Notes: a model not told the origin generated them from the sequence alone. 64,000 bases of DNA from Candidatus Aphodoplasma sp. (GCA_045592745.1 JAZNVH010000009.1:19-64018); one strand, 5' to 3'. Positions 48,212 through 58,634 are shown, numbered from the stretch's first letter. Translations and numbers: made by a program.

Positions 48212-49171
48212 ATGAATGAATATATAGGACATGAGTCACAGCTTTACGGAGTAGAAGAAAAGCGTCTTTGTGGCGGAAAAGGCGACGGAATGAGACTTTT
48301 TGAAGTAAACAACGGAAGAGGGTTAATGTTTACAATATCTGCAGACCGTGCAGGCGATATTTCAAGACTTTATTTCGATGGAAAAAATCTCGGTTTTTTT
48401 GCGCCGTGCGGCTATGTTTCGCCCCAGTATTATGATAACAAGGGGCTCGGATTTTTAAAGTCATTTACAGCGGGATTTCTTACAACATGCGGACTTACTG
48501 CAGTTGGCAGTCCGTGCACAGATGATGGTGAAGAATTACCTCTTCACGGCACGATTGCAAACACACCTGCCGAGAATGTAAGCACTTGGATAGACGATAG
48601 TATTCATGTAAAACTTACTGTTCGTGATGCATCGCTTTTTGGCCATAAGCTTGTGCTTACAAGAGAATATGTATGTCCTCTAGATAAAGATGAAATAATT
48701 ATTAAAGACAGTGTAAAAAATATTGGCAATGACAAAACACCGTATATGATTTTGTATCATATCAATATGGGATATCCGCTTCTTTGTGAGGACTCTGTTG
48801 TAAGTGTTAACAGTAAAAATGTTACAGCGCGTAATGAAAGAGCGCAGGAAGGCATTGACAAAGCTCTTGTTATGGAAAAACCACAGCTTGGATTTGAAGA
48901 ACAATGCTACTATTATGAAATGGAAAAAGGCGAAGCAAAAATATACAGCCCCAAAATTAATACAGAGCTTTCAATAAATTATAACATAAGCGAGCTTCCG
49001 TATTTTACAGAGTGGAAAATGATGGGTAAGGGCGAGTACGTTCTTGGACTTGAGCCGGGCAACTGCACACCCGACGGCAGAGATGTTATGAGAAAAGAGG
49101 GCAAATTACGTTTTCTTGATGCGGGCGAAGAGACAAGTCAGACAATTACAATAAAGCTTGAAAGAAAATAA
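48212..49171 (+). CDS. Aldose 1-epimerase family protein (DUF4432-like)
   Basis: GFLTTCGL, LPLHG, LYHINMGYP and LGLEPG motifs. Confidence 0.8.
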   Translation: MNEYIGHESQLYGVEEKRLCGGKGDGMRLFEVNNGRGLMFTISADRAGDISRLYFDGKNLGFFAPCGYVSPQYYDNKGLGFLKSFTAGFLTTCGLTAVGSPCTDDGEELPLHGTIANTPAENVSTWIDDSIHVKLTVRDASLFGHKLVLTREYVCPLDKDEIIIKDSVKNIGNDKTPYMILYHINMGYPLLCEDSVVSVNSKNVTARNERAQEGIDKALVMEKPQLGFEEQCYYYEMEKGEAKIYSPKINTELSINYNISELPYFTEWKMMGKGEYVLGLEPGNCTPDGRDVMRKEGKLRFLDAGEETSQTITIKLERK

Positions 49172-49210
49172 TAACCGTTTTTATACCAGGAATATGACGG
49201 AGTGAACAGT

Positions 49211-49900
49211 ATGAATTTTGAAAATTTTGAAAAAAACATAGGTTATAGTTTTAAAAACAAACAACTGCTTTCTCATGCGCTTTCTCATACATCTTATATA
49301 AACGAGCAAAAACGTCAAAAACATGAGAGTAATGAAAGACTTGAGTTTCTCGGCGATGCAATCGTTGATATGGTTGTGAGCGATTATTTATATAAAAACT
49401 ATGAAACTGAGCTCGAGGGAGTGCTTACAAAATGGCGCGCAAGCGTTGTTTGCGAGGCATCGTTTGCGCGTATTGCAAAAAAGCTTGATTATGGGAAATA
49501 TCTTCTTTTGGGAAGAGGGGAAGAAGCAACGGGCGGGCGTACACGTTCGTCGGTGCTTGCTGATGCGTTTGAGGCAGTTATTGCGGCAATGTATCTTGAT
49601 AGCGATATAAACGTGGTGTCCGGCTGGATTATTTCACATCTTGAAGATGAAATCAAGCTTGCAGCGCAAGGCAAGGTGCAAAAAGACTACAAAACACTTT
49701 TGCAAGAATTCGTTCAGCGCAGCAGTCATGGGAGAGTGACGTATAAGGTTGTCTCGGAAAATGGACCTGATCACGCAAAAACCTTTTGTGTAGAGGTGTT
49801 GGTTGACGGAAAGCGTATTGCAAGTGGCGTTGGTACAAGCAAAAAAGATGCCGAGCAAGCGGCTGCAAGCGAAGCGTTAAAACTTTTATCAAAAAAATAA
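49211..49900 (+). CDS. rnc: Ribonuclease III
   Basis: NERLEFLGDA and ADAFEAV motifs; C-terminal dsRBD (DYKTLLQE...KKDAEQ). Confidence 0.97.
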   Translation: MNFENFEKNIGYSFKNKQLLSHALSHTSYINEQKRQKHESNERLEFLGDAIVDMVVSDYLYKNYETELEGVLTKWRASVVCEASFARIAKKLDYGKYLLLGRGEEATGGRTRSSVLADAFEAVIAAMYLDSDINVVSGWIISHLEDEIKLAAQGKVQKDYKTLLQEFVQRSSHGRVTYKVVSENGPDHAKTFCVEVLVDGKRIASGVGTSKKDAEQAAASEALKLLSKK

Positions 49901-50030
49901 ATACAGATTATCAAAACCGTATCACGAATGCTGATGCGGTTTTTGTATTTGCTACTGTTATAACGGCTCAAAATCTTGACAAAAGAGGCTGTATTTCGTA
50001 TAATTAACGCATACAAAGGAGCGGTACTCA

Positions 50031-51050
50031 GTGAGAAAAGATAATATGAGAAAAGTAAATATTCCGATTTTTGTGTCGCACAGGGGGTGTCCTCACGATT
50101 GCGTGTTTTGTAATCAAAAAAGAATTACAGGTCAAAACGGCTCAGTTGCACCAAGTGAGGCTGATGAAATTATAAAAAGCGCTCTTGCTACGATTAACCG
50201 CGGAAGGTCATATATAGAAATTGCCTTTTTTGGCGGAAGTTTTACGGCGATTGACATATGCGAGCAGGAAGCGCTTTTAAAGGTGGCGCACAAATATATA
50301 AAAAGTGGCGAAGTCGACGGAATAAGACTTTCAACACGTCCTGATTGTATAAATGAGTCAGAACTTATTATGCTTAAAAATTATGGTGTTACAAGCATAG
50401 AGCTTGGTGTCCAGTCGACAGATGAAGAGGTGCTTAAAAAGAGTAGACGCGGTCACAGTTATGATGATGTTGTAAAAGCATCAAAGCTTATAAATGAATT
50501 CGGTTTCGAACTTGGACTCCAGATGATGCTTGGACTTGTTGGCGATACGCGCGAAAAATCGCTCAAAACCGCGCGCGATATAATTTCGCTTTCGCCCAAA
50601 ACAACCCGCATTTACCCAACTATCGTAATACGCGACAGTGCGCTTGAGGTTATGTATAACAAGGGCGAATATGAGCCGCTTTCGCTTGACGATGCGGTAG
50701 AGCTTTGTGCTGAGATTTATACAATGTTTGTGCAAAACAACATCGAGGTTTTAAGAATGGGACTTATGGCGTCGGAGGATATGCATGAAGGACGTGGCAT
50801 TGTGGCAGGACCGTTTCACCCCTCGTTTGGTGAGCTTGTTTTTTCAAGGATTTATCTTAACAAAATGCGTTTGCTGTTGGGTGGATATACAAAAAAAGAA
50901 GCTGTTTTGTGTGTGAATCCGCGTGATTTGTCAAAGGTATTGGGAAATAAGCGTACAAATGTTAATGCTGTTATGCGCGAACAAGGTATAAAAATCAGTA
51001 TAAAATGTGATGAAAAAATCCAATGTGGTCAGATAGTGTTGGGTGATTGA
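50031..51050 (+). CDS. Radical SAM protein, Elp3/YhcC-like
   Basis: GCPHDCVFCNQ, FFGGSFT, STRPD, ELGVQS and GPFHP motifs; typical neighbour of rnc. Confidence 0.85.
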   Translation: MRKDNMRKVNIPIFVSHRGCPHDCVFCNQKRITGQNGSVAPSEADEIIKSALATINRGRSYIEIAFFGGSFTAIDICEQEALLKVAHKYIKSGEVDGIRLSTRPDCINESELIMLKNYGVTSIELGVQSTDEEVLKKSRRGHSYDDVVKASKLINEFGFELGLQMMLGLVGDTREKSLKTARDIISLSPKTTRIYPTIVIRDSALEVMYNKGEYEPLSLDDAVELCAEIYTMFVQNNIEVLRMGLMASEDMHEGRGIVAGPFHPSFGELVFSRIYLNKMRLLLGGYTKKEAVLCVNPRDLSKVLGNKRTNVNAVMREQGIKISIKCDEKIQCGQIVLGD

Positions 51051-51063
51051 TATTTTACAAAAC

Positions 51064-51093
51064 GAAAAAAGAGCCTTCAGGGGCTCTTTTTTT
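51064..51093. terminator. Bidirectional terminator
   Basis: AAAAAAGAGCC-TTCAG-GGGCTCTTTTTTT. Confidence 0.75.
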
Positions 51094-51105
51094 ACTGTTA
51101 ATATA

Positions 51106-51876
51106 TTATGTCTTATGAGCATATTTTTTGCGGTAATCACTAGGTGACATTTTGGTATATTTTTTGAAAATTTTAAAAAATTGCAATACATCGTCATAAC
51201 CGACTGAATGAGAGATTTCCTTAATTGATATATTTTCAAAAAGCAAAAGCTCTTTGGCACGGTCTATTCGCACTTTTATTATAAAATCTCTTGGTGACAT
51301 TGAAAATTCGTCGTGAAATATATTTCTCAGATATGCCCGGCTTATATTTAGCTTTGATGCTATTTTTTCTGGAGTGATGTGTTTGTGAAAATTCAGAAGT
51401 ATATATTCTTTGGCAGCTTGTGCATGAGTTTGTGGTGTGTTTGATGTATTTTCAATTTTGCCAGGATTAATATGTCGGGCAAACAACAATTTAAGACATG
51501 CATCTGAAAGCTTTGGGTTTGCACGAAGTTCTTTTGAATTTGAACTTATTAAATCAACTGCTTTGAAAAAAAACTCATCTGCACTAAATTTAAAACAAAA
51601 AGTATCCTGGTCAAAAGTAAGATTGCGCAAAACCTCGTTTTCCCCATTCATTCGTATCCACACATATTTCCAGGGATCATCAGGATCCGGAGCATACTCA
51701 ACAAAGTTGTTTTTGAGACAAAAAAAGCCATCGCCAGCTTTAAGGAGCTTTCCGTTATAGTATCCTTTGCCGCTTATTACATAATGGACGGCATTAATAT
51801 GATATATAAGCTGTATTTTTCTTTTGTCAGCGGTTGTTTGTTCTGTGCATATTTCTTCAAAATACAATAGGCTCAT
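51106..51876 (-). CDS. AraC family transcriptional regulator
   Basis: N-terminal cupin (HYVISGKG, YAPDPDDPWKYVWI) and C-terminal double HTH (SVGYDDVLQFFKIFKK...SPSDYRK). Confidence 0.92.
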   Translation of the reverse strand: MSLLYFEEICTEQTTADKRKIQLIYHINAVHYVISGKGYYNGKLLKAGDGFFCLKNNFVEYAPDPDDPWKYVWIRMNGENEVLRNLTFDQDTFCFKFSADEFFFKAVDLISSNSKELRANPKLSDACLKLLFARHINPGKIENTSNTPQTHAQAAKEYILLNFHKHITPEKIASKLNISRAYLRNIFHDEFSMSPRDFIIKVRIDRAKELLLFENISIKEISHSVGYDDVLQFFKIFKKYTKMSPSDYRKKYAHKT

Positions 51877-52073
51877 TTTATTAACCACCCTACATAAAAC
51901 TTTAAATGAAAACATTATTTTGCTGCAAGTTTATACTATTAGTATATCCTATTGTGAAAAATAAGTCAATGAAAAAGTACGTTTATAACATAAAAATATA
52001 CGTTTGTGCACTAGTTTTTGCACATTGTTTGATATACAATTGTGTATGTAATTAAGGAAAGGAAGCAGATGTT

Positions 52074-55000
52074 ATGAGAATTGAGTACAATGGGAGCAGT
52101 CAAAAATATACTACGGTCAAGGATAATTATGATGATAACATACAAAACCATCATTGTCTTCATATAAATCGTCTTGATGCGAGGTCGGTTATTATTCCTG
52201 CACTTAAAAAGAACATATATTACAAAAATAAGGAAGAGTCCTCGTTTTTGCAGAGCTTGAATGGCGACTGGGATTTTTATTATAGCCTTAAAGATGACAG
52301 AAAAGGTTTTTTTGAAAAAGATTACGATGTTTCGAAATGGGATACAATAGATGTGCCGTCTATGTGGCAATTCAGAGGCTATGGACAATGCGCATATCCA
52401 AATATCGAATATCCTATTCCGTTTAATCCTCCGTATGTGTGTTGCGAAAATCCTGTTGGTTATTATAGACGAAGCTTTATCGTTGAAGAGCCTGCCGACA
52501 GAACAATTTTGCATTTCGGCGGCGTTGACAATGCTTTTTATGTATATGTTAACGGCGAATTTGCAGGCTTCTCAAAAGGGAGCAGAATACCTGCCGAATT
52601 TGATGTTACTGATAAAATAAAAAAAGGTGAAAATTTAATAGCTGTAAAGGTGTTTACTTATTCTGACGCAACTTATCTTGAAAATCAGGATATGCTTCTT
52701 GCAAGCGGTATTTTCAGAGATGTATACCTTTTACATCTTGGTAAGAATCATCTGTGGGATTATCGTGTAACAACTACCGAAAATTCAATAAGCATAGATG
52801 CACAGTTTGTGTGTGGACAAAAACAAAATGCCAGAGTTAGAATGTCGCTTGATGGCATGGCGGTTGAATTTGACCTTGATGAGAATATTAAGCATACTTT
52901 TGAGTTGCAAAATCCAAAATTGTGGAACGCTGAAGAGCCTAATTTATATGACCTTGTAATTGAAATATTAATTGATGGAAAAACCGCAGAAATCCACTCA
53001 AAACGTGTTGGTATTATACGTTCTGAGGTAATAGGCAACAGATTTTATGTTAATGGAAGTCCTGTATACGTTAAAGGCATTGCCCGCCATGAGTATAATG
53101 CCAAAGATGGAAGAAGTGTAAGTGTAGAGCAAATCGAGGAAGAACTTCGTATGATTAAGGAAAACAACCTCAATTCTATTTCGGGCGCTCATTATATGAA
53201 TAATCCTGCTTTTTATGAAATTGCCTCAGAATTAGGTATTTATGTGCTCGAACAAGCAGACATCGAAACACATGGCGCTGCTGTTACGGGCGATCAGGGG
53301 TACCTTTCGAAACAACCTGATTGGTATGATGCTTATTTTGATCGTATAAGCCGAATGGTTTTGATTAACAAAAATGAGGTATGTATTTTCATATGGTGTC
53401 TTGGAAACGAATGTGGAAGAGGCCAAAATATTGACAGATGCTTTGAATACATAAAAGAATATGACCCTTCAAGAGAAGTTATTCAAACGCAGGAAGAACC
53501 GTATTATCCAAAATATACAAAATTCAGCCGCACAGGTTATAAATCGCTTGCTGATATAAAGACTTTTGAAGAAACGGGCAAGCCGCTTCTTTTGGTTGAA
53601 TTTGCACATGCAATGGGCAACAGCCCCGGATTTTTGGAAGGGTACTGGAATTATATTTATGAAAATGAATATATGTGCGGAGGATATGTGTGGGAATTTA
53701 AAAACCACGGCTTTTATTCAGAGGATGAGTTTGGCAGAGAAAAAATTCTGTACGGCGGTGATTTTGGCGATGACGAAAAACATCATTGGCTCAATTTCTG
53801 CCTTGACGGATTGCTTACATCAAATGGTACACCAAAACCAACGTGGTATGAGCTTGGTGAGGCGGTTGCACCTGTATATGTAAAGTTTGATAAAAAGCTT
53901 ACTATGATGAACACCAACGATTTTAAATCTTTGGGATATCTTACGCTAAAGTGGGAACTTCAGGAAGATACAAAGGTTGTGCGTTGTGGACAAATGCCCA
54001 TGAAGGATATTTTACCGCACAAATCTGTAGAAATTGGTTCGGATGTAATAGACTATATTCCGTCTGAGCCGATGGCTGGCGCGACATATTATCTCAATTT
54101 GTATTTTTACGATGGTGAGAGAAAAATAGAAACTCGTCAGATTAAGATTCCTGTTTGTGCGCCCAAAAAAGCAGTTGCAAAAAAACCATTTGAATGCAAT
54201 ATCAGCACAAAAAATACAACACTGAAAATCGAAATGGAAAAATTGATGATAGAGTTTTCTGATGGCGTAATATCAAAGTACGTAAAAGATGGTATAACAT
54301 TGATTGATTCGCCAATGAAAATGAATTTTTATCACGCAAATAATGACAATGACGGAATAGGTAATGGAAAAGATTTTCTTCCAAACTGGTTCCGCAAAAG
54401 AAAAGTGCCATGGGCGCAGGCTTTTATTAAAACAATAAAATATCATAATATTAAAACTGAAGCCGAGGTAAAGGAAAACGAAGTTGTAATAAATTCTTAT
54501 GGCAGAGTAATACCTGATTTTGAGTGGTACGGATATGAAACACATATAGAGTACAAAGTTTTGGCCAGTGGAGAAATTATTACATCAATCCATTGTGTTC
54601 CTTTTGGTAAACCGCCCGAAGTTATGCCAAGAATTGGCGTGTATTTTGAACTTGATAAGACGCTTTCAAAAGTAACATGGTATGGCAGAGGTGAAAAGCA
54701 AAACTACTCCGATTCAAAGCTTATTGCCCCAGTTGGACTCTATAATGTTGATATATCGGAAATGAATTTTGTCTACGATGTTCCTCAGGATACGGGTAAC
54801 CGCGAAAATACTGCGTATGTAAGTGTTTCAAATGGTGATAAAAACGGAATCAGTATTGTGGGTTGCGATGAATTTGCCTTTTCGTATCATCCGTATTCAA
54901 TTGAAAATATTGATAATGCAAAGCATAAAAATGAGCTTGAAGAGTCCGAGAAAAATTATTTGTATATAGACTATAAAATGCGCGGCCTTGGAAGCCATTC

Positions 55001-55202
55001 GTGCGGCCCTGAGCCTGAGCCGGAATTTGAAGTGTACCCACACGAATTCAAGTTTGCCTTCGTGCTTTCAGCTTTAAAAGCGGATGATGAAGCACTTGAG
55101 TCTGTGCGCACAGATTATGGTGTCAAGACGGAAAAAATAACCGAAAGATACACTTTTGTGGAACAGGAAAAACAAGCCGAGGTTGCAGACTGCAGAGAAT
55201 AA
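52074..55202 (+). CDS. Glycoside hydrolase family 2 (LacZ/EbgA-like beta-galactosidase architecture)
   Basis: SLNGDWDF, ENPVGYYRR, GIFRDV; WCLGNE acid/base and EFAHAMGNS nucleophile; C-terminal WYGRG...NY.D domain. Confidence 0.9.
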   Translation: MRIEYNGSSQKYTTVKDNYDDNIQNHHCLHINRLDARSVIIPALKKNIYYKNKEESSFLQSLNGDWDFYYSLKDDRKGFFEKDYDVSKWDTIDVPSMWQFRGYGQCAYPNIEYPIPFNPPYVCCENPVGYYRRSFIVEEPADRTILHFGGVDNAFYVYVNGEFAGFSKGSRIPAEFDVTDKIKKGENLIAVKVFTYSDATYLENQDMLLASGIFRDVYLLHLGKNHLWDYRVTTTENSISIDAQFVCGQKQNARVRMSLDGMAVEFDLDENIKHTFELQNPKLWNAEEPNLYDLVIEILIDGKTAEIHSKRVGIIRSEVIGNRFYVNGSPVYVKGIARHEYNAKDGRSVSVEQIEEELRMIKENNLNSISGAHYMNNPAFYEIASELGIYVLEQADIETHGAAVTGDQGYLSKQPDWYDAYFDRISRMVLINKNEVCIFIWCLGNECGRGQNIDRCFEYIKEYDPSREVIQTQEEPYYPKYTKFSRTGYKSLADIKTFEETGKPLLLVEFAHAMGNSPGFLEGYWNYIYENEYMCGGYVWEFKNHGFYSEDEFGREKILYGGDFGDDEKHHWLNFCLDGLLTSNGTPKPTWYELGEAVAPVYVKFDKKLTMMNTNDFKSLGYLTLKWELQEDTKVVRCGQMPMKDILPHKSVEIGSDVIDYIPSEPMAGATYYLNLYFYDGERKIETRQIKIPVCAPKKAVAKKPFECNISTKNTTLKIEMEKLMIEFSDGVISKYVKDGITLIDSPMKMNFYHANNDNDGIGNGKDFLPNWFRKRKVPWAQAFIKTIKYHNIKTEAEVKENEVVINSYGRVIPDFEWYGYETHIEYKVLASGEIITSIHCVPFGKPPEVMPRIGVYFELDKTLSKVTWYGRGEKQNYSDSKLIAPVGLYNVDISEMNFVYDVPQDTGNRENTAYVSVSNGDKNGISIVGCDEFAFSYHPYSIENIDNAKHKNELEESEKNYLYIDYKMRGLGSHSCGPEPEPEFEVYPHEFKFAFVLSALKADDEALESVRTDYGVKTEKITERYTFVEQEKQAEVADCRE

Positions 55203-55354
55203 TAAGCATTTTTATCCCTGTGTCAGAGTAAAATCTGTCGCAGGGATTTTTGTATGCAATAAAAAGATGATGCACCAATTTTTTCTCCTTAAATTGACTA
55301 TTTTAGCAATTCGTGTTACACTTTATATATAATTTAAAAAAGAGAGGTAAAAAG

Positions 55355-55573
55355 ATGGAGAAACTTGTAAAAAGAATTAATGAGCTTGCGAAAAAATCGA
55401 GAGAACAAGGGCTGAGCGACGAAGAAAAAGAAGAACAAAATAGGCTCAGACAAGAATATATAAAAAGATTTCGCTATGGCATGGAAAATACTCTCACCAA
55501 TGTTTACATAATGGATGAGAATGGGAATAAAAGAAAAATTGAAAAGAAGAAACAGTCTGGTTTTATGAATTAA
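55355..55573 (+). CDS. DUF896/UPF0291 (YnzC-like) protein
   Basis: RINELAKK...GLSDEEKEEQNRLRQEYI motif. Confidence 0.9.
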   Translation: MEKLVKRINELAKKSREQGLSDEEKEEQNRLRQEYIKRFRYGMENTLTNVYIMDENGNKRKIEKKKQSGFMN

Positions 55574-55591
55574 AAAAGAAAGGAAAAAATA

Positions 55592-56515
55592 ATGATACCA
55601 CAGTTATTACTTTATAAAATTATGCAGCTTTTTGCCGTTATGCTTTTAGGGTTTATTATTGTTAAGGCAAAAGTGGTAAAAAGCAGCGACTCTTTGGTGC
55701 TTTCAAAAATTTCTCTTTACCTTTTAATGCCTGCAAATATCATTGCGGCATTTAATGTTGAGATAACTGAGGAAATCGTTGCAGGAATTCTGCTTTCGCT
55801 TATTGCGGCAATTGCGATTCATATGCTTTTGCTCGTTATTGATTTTGCTTATAAAAAACTTTTTCGCGGGACTATTGTTGAAAGGGTATCTATCATTTAT
55901 TCCAATGCGGCAAACCTTATCATTCCCATAGTTTCGTTTGTTTTAGGTGATGAATGGGTAATTTACACGTGTACTTATGTATCGGTGCAGTTGGTTCTTA
56001 TCTGGACGCATGGGGCACAGCTTTTTTCAAAAGAGGAAAAGTTTAACATAAAGAAAATTCTGTTTAATACAAATATAATTGCAATTGCGGTTGGCGTGAT
56101 ACTTATGATAACGGGAATACGTTTGCCGAAATTTGTAGATGATTTATCATCCTCGCTCGGCACAATGATAGGAAATGTAGCTATGCTTATTGCCGGAATG
56201 ACAGCCGCAAATATGAATTTTAAGAAAATGCTTTGTAATAAAAGATTATATCTTGTAATGGCTATGCGAAATATCATATGTCCGCTTATAATTTTAATAT
56301 TGTTAAAAAGCGTGCTTTTATATATACAATTACCAAGCGCACAAAAGATACTTCTTGTTACGTTTCTTGCTACTATGACACCGTCGGCATCAATGATGAT
56401 GCAATTTGCACAGGTGTATGATACAGAGGTAGAATATTCTGTGGCGATTAACATTATTACTACTCTGGTGTGTATTGCCACGATGCCGGTATTTGTTGCG
56501 CTATATTCTATATAG
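55592..56515 (+). CDS. AEC family (auxin efflux carrier/malate permease-like) transporter
   Basis: About 10 TM segments; YSNAA...IPIV, MTPSAS and ITTLVCIATMP motifs. Confidence 0.85.
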   Translation: MIPQLLLYKIMQLFAVMLLGFIIVKAKVVKSSDSLVLSKISLYLLMPANIIAAFNVEITEEIVAGILLSLIAAIAIHMLLLVIDFAYKKLFRGTIVERVSIIYSNAANLIIPIVSFVLGDEWVIYTCTYVSVQLVLIWTHGAQLFSKEEKFNIKKILFNTNIIAIAVGVILMITGIRLPKFVDDLSSSLGTMIGNVAMLIAGMTAANMNFKKMLCNKRLYLVMAMRNIICPLIILILLKSVLLYIQLPSAQKILLVTFLATMTPSASMMMQFAQVYDTEVEYSVAINIITTLVCIATMPVFVALYSI

Positions 56516-56578
56516 GGGCAGAAAATTTTCCGAATACTAAAAAGGTTGCAGCCTTAAAAAAGACTGCGACCTTTTTAA

Positions 56579-57595
56579 TTACAAAGTATAATTGGAGCTG
56601 AGCTGTCCGCAGGCAGCGTTCATATCAGCACCAAATTCGCGTCGGACGGTTACGTTTATATTCTGCTTTTTTAAAATATCAAAAAAATTTGCGATGCGTT
56701 CTTTGCTGCTTGGCTCAAAATTGGTAGAGCGTGTTTTGTTGTATGGGATTAAATTTACATAACAGTTTATACCTTTTAAAAGTTTCGCAAGTTCTGATGC
56801 ACACTCGCTGCTGTCGTTTAAATCCTTAATCATAATATAGGCAAAGGTTACTTTTTTACGGCTATTTTCGGCGTATAGCTTTGCGGCATTTACAAGCTCT
56901 TTAATAGGGTATACTTTATTAATCGGCATAAGTCTATTGCGAATTTCATCATTTGGAGCATGCAGGCTGATTGCCAGAGAATTAAAGCTTTTACGGTTTG
57001 CGTATTCTATGATTTTGGGCACGATGCCGCTTGTGGAAATAGTTATATGTCTTGCAGCAATTGCTATGCCTAATTGTTCTGAAATGATATCAATAAAATT
57101 TATTACATTATCATAGTTATCAAATGGCTCACCAATACCCATAAGTACAATATGCGAAACAGTGAGTTTTAAAACGTTTTTTATGTATAAAAGTTGTCCC
57201 ACCATTTCGCACGCTTCTAAATTACGTACTTTTTTTAGTTTTCCGCTTTCACAGAAGATGCAGTTCATATTACATCCTACTTGTGTTGAAACGCAAACGC
57301 CATTGCCGTAATCGTGCTTCATAAGTACCGTTTCTACAGTATGTCCGTCCGGTAAGCGAAATAAATATTTGCACGTATCTTCGTTTTCGTGTTTTGTAAT
57401 TAAGTCAAGCTCTGTGAAAGTAAAATCGTTTGAAAGCTTTTCTCTTATGGGCAAAGACAGGCTTTTTATATCCATAAAGGAGCTTGCATTTTCTTTATAT
57501 ACGGCTTTAAAAACAATTTTTGCTTTGGCGGGATTTTCTTTAAAGGATGCAAAATAATGTTCAAGCATAGGGATGGTTTGATTATAAAACTCCAT
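56579..57595 (-). CDS. rlmN: RlmN-family radical SAM RNA methyltransferase
   Basis: CVSTQVGCNMNCIFC, MGIGEP, SLHAPN, NLIPYN and AACGQL motifs. Confidence 0.88.
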   Translation of the reverse strand: MEFYNQTIPMLEHYFASFKENPAKAKIVFKAVYKENASSFMDIKSLSLPIREKLSNDFTFTELDLITKHENEDTCKYLFRLPDGHTVETVLMKHDYGNGVCVSTQVGCNMNCIFCESGKLKKVRNLEACEMVGQLLYIKNVLKLTVSHIVLMGIGEPFDNYDNVINFIDIISEQLGIAIAARHITISTSGIVPKIIEYANRKSFNSLAISLHAPNDEIRNRLMPINKVYPIKELVNAAKLYAENSRKKVTFAYIMIKDLNDSSECASELAKLLKGINCYVNLIPYNKTRSTNFEPSSKERIANFFDILKKQNINVTVRREFGADMNAACGQLSSNYTL

Positions 57596-57629
57596 ACAAT
57601 TCCTTCTTTGTCAAAAATTTTATCATGTA

Positions 57630-58610
57630 TTATTCAAATTCAAAAAGCTCTACATCAATAATTTCGTGATATTTTTCCTTTGAACCGTTCATCTTTTTAT
57701 ACAAAACCGAAGAGGCTTTATCAGCCCATCCGCCATTTACCATTCCTGCACTGACGCTTGGAAATGGACAACACAAATGCGAATTAATAGCGTCAAAGCT
57801 TACTACGGGAATCGGCGGCGTCTTTGCGTGCAGACGAAAGCGTGAAATAATTTCAAATGCAATCAAATCGGAGAATGCAACTATGCAATCAAATGAAACT
57901 TTGTCATCCAAAAGCTTTTGCATAACATTAGTGGCATTGTTTGATTTTGGTTCCATCTCAACAAACACATTATCAGTTACGCTGATGCCGTTATCAGAAA
58001 ATGCCTTTTTGATACCGTCAAATCTGTTGCGGCTCGGCTCGATATATTTATATGCACCTATGTATACGGGGTTTTTGTAGCCGCGCTGTGCAAGATATTT
58101 TCCTGCAAGATAGCCTGATTTGAAATCGTCTCCGCAGACGTAATCTGTGTCGTAGTCTGCAAAATATCTTCCTATGAGAACATATGGAATATGTAGCTTA
58201 TCCAAAAATTCTATATTATCTGTGTTTTTTTGACATGGGCAAAGCAGAATTCCGTCCACTTGTTTGCCACATGCCGCCACAATGGCGTCGCGTTCGGTTT
58301 TTTCGCTTTCGTTTGTATTTAGTATAATAACCGTATAGTTTAAGAGCCTCATTTTATCTTCAATAAGCTTTAGCTGATATGAAATGTGTGGATTTGAAAT
58401 ATCGGGCACAATTGCGGCTATTGTATTTGTTTTTCCCGAGCGCAGAGAAGTGGCGGACGCATTAGGTATATATCCCAATTTTTTTGCGGTCTTTAAAACC
58501 TTTTCTTTAGTCTCCTGCGAAATATCGTCTCTTCCATTTAGCACGTGCGAAACTGTTCCGATGGTTACACCAAGCTCTTTTGCAATGTCTTTTAATGTTA
58601 CTTTTTTCAT
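57630..58610 (-). CDS. LacI family transcriptional regulator
   Basis: TLKDIAKELGVTIGTVSHVLN...LGYIPN HTH plus periplasmic-binding-protein fold. Confidence 0.93.
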   Translation of the reverse strand: MKKVTLKDIAKELGVTIGTVSHVLNGRDDISQETKEKVLKTAKKLGYIPNASATSLRSGKTNTIAAIVPDISNPHISYQLKLIEDKMRLLNYTVIILNTNESEKTERDAIVAACGKQVDGILLCPCQKNTDNIEFLDKLHIPYVLIGRYFADYDTDYVCGDDFKSGYLAGKYLAQRGYKNPVYIGAYKYIEPSRNRFDGIKKAFSDNGISVTDNVFVEMEPKSNNATNVMQKLLDDKVSFDCIVAFSDLIAFEIISRFRLHAKTPPIPVVSFDAINSHLCCPFPSVSAGMVNGGWADKASSVLYKKMNGSKEKYHEIIDVELFEFE

Positions 58611-58634
58611 AATATTTACACCTCTGTACATTAA

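Noticed and set aside
56579-57595. cfr-type resistance methyltransferase
   Set aside because: Motifs (STQVGC, MGIGEP) are RlmN-like rather than Cfr-like (SSQCGC, MGMGEA).
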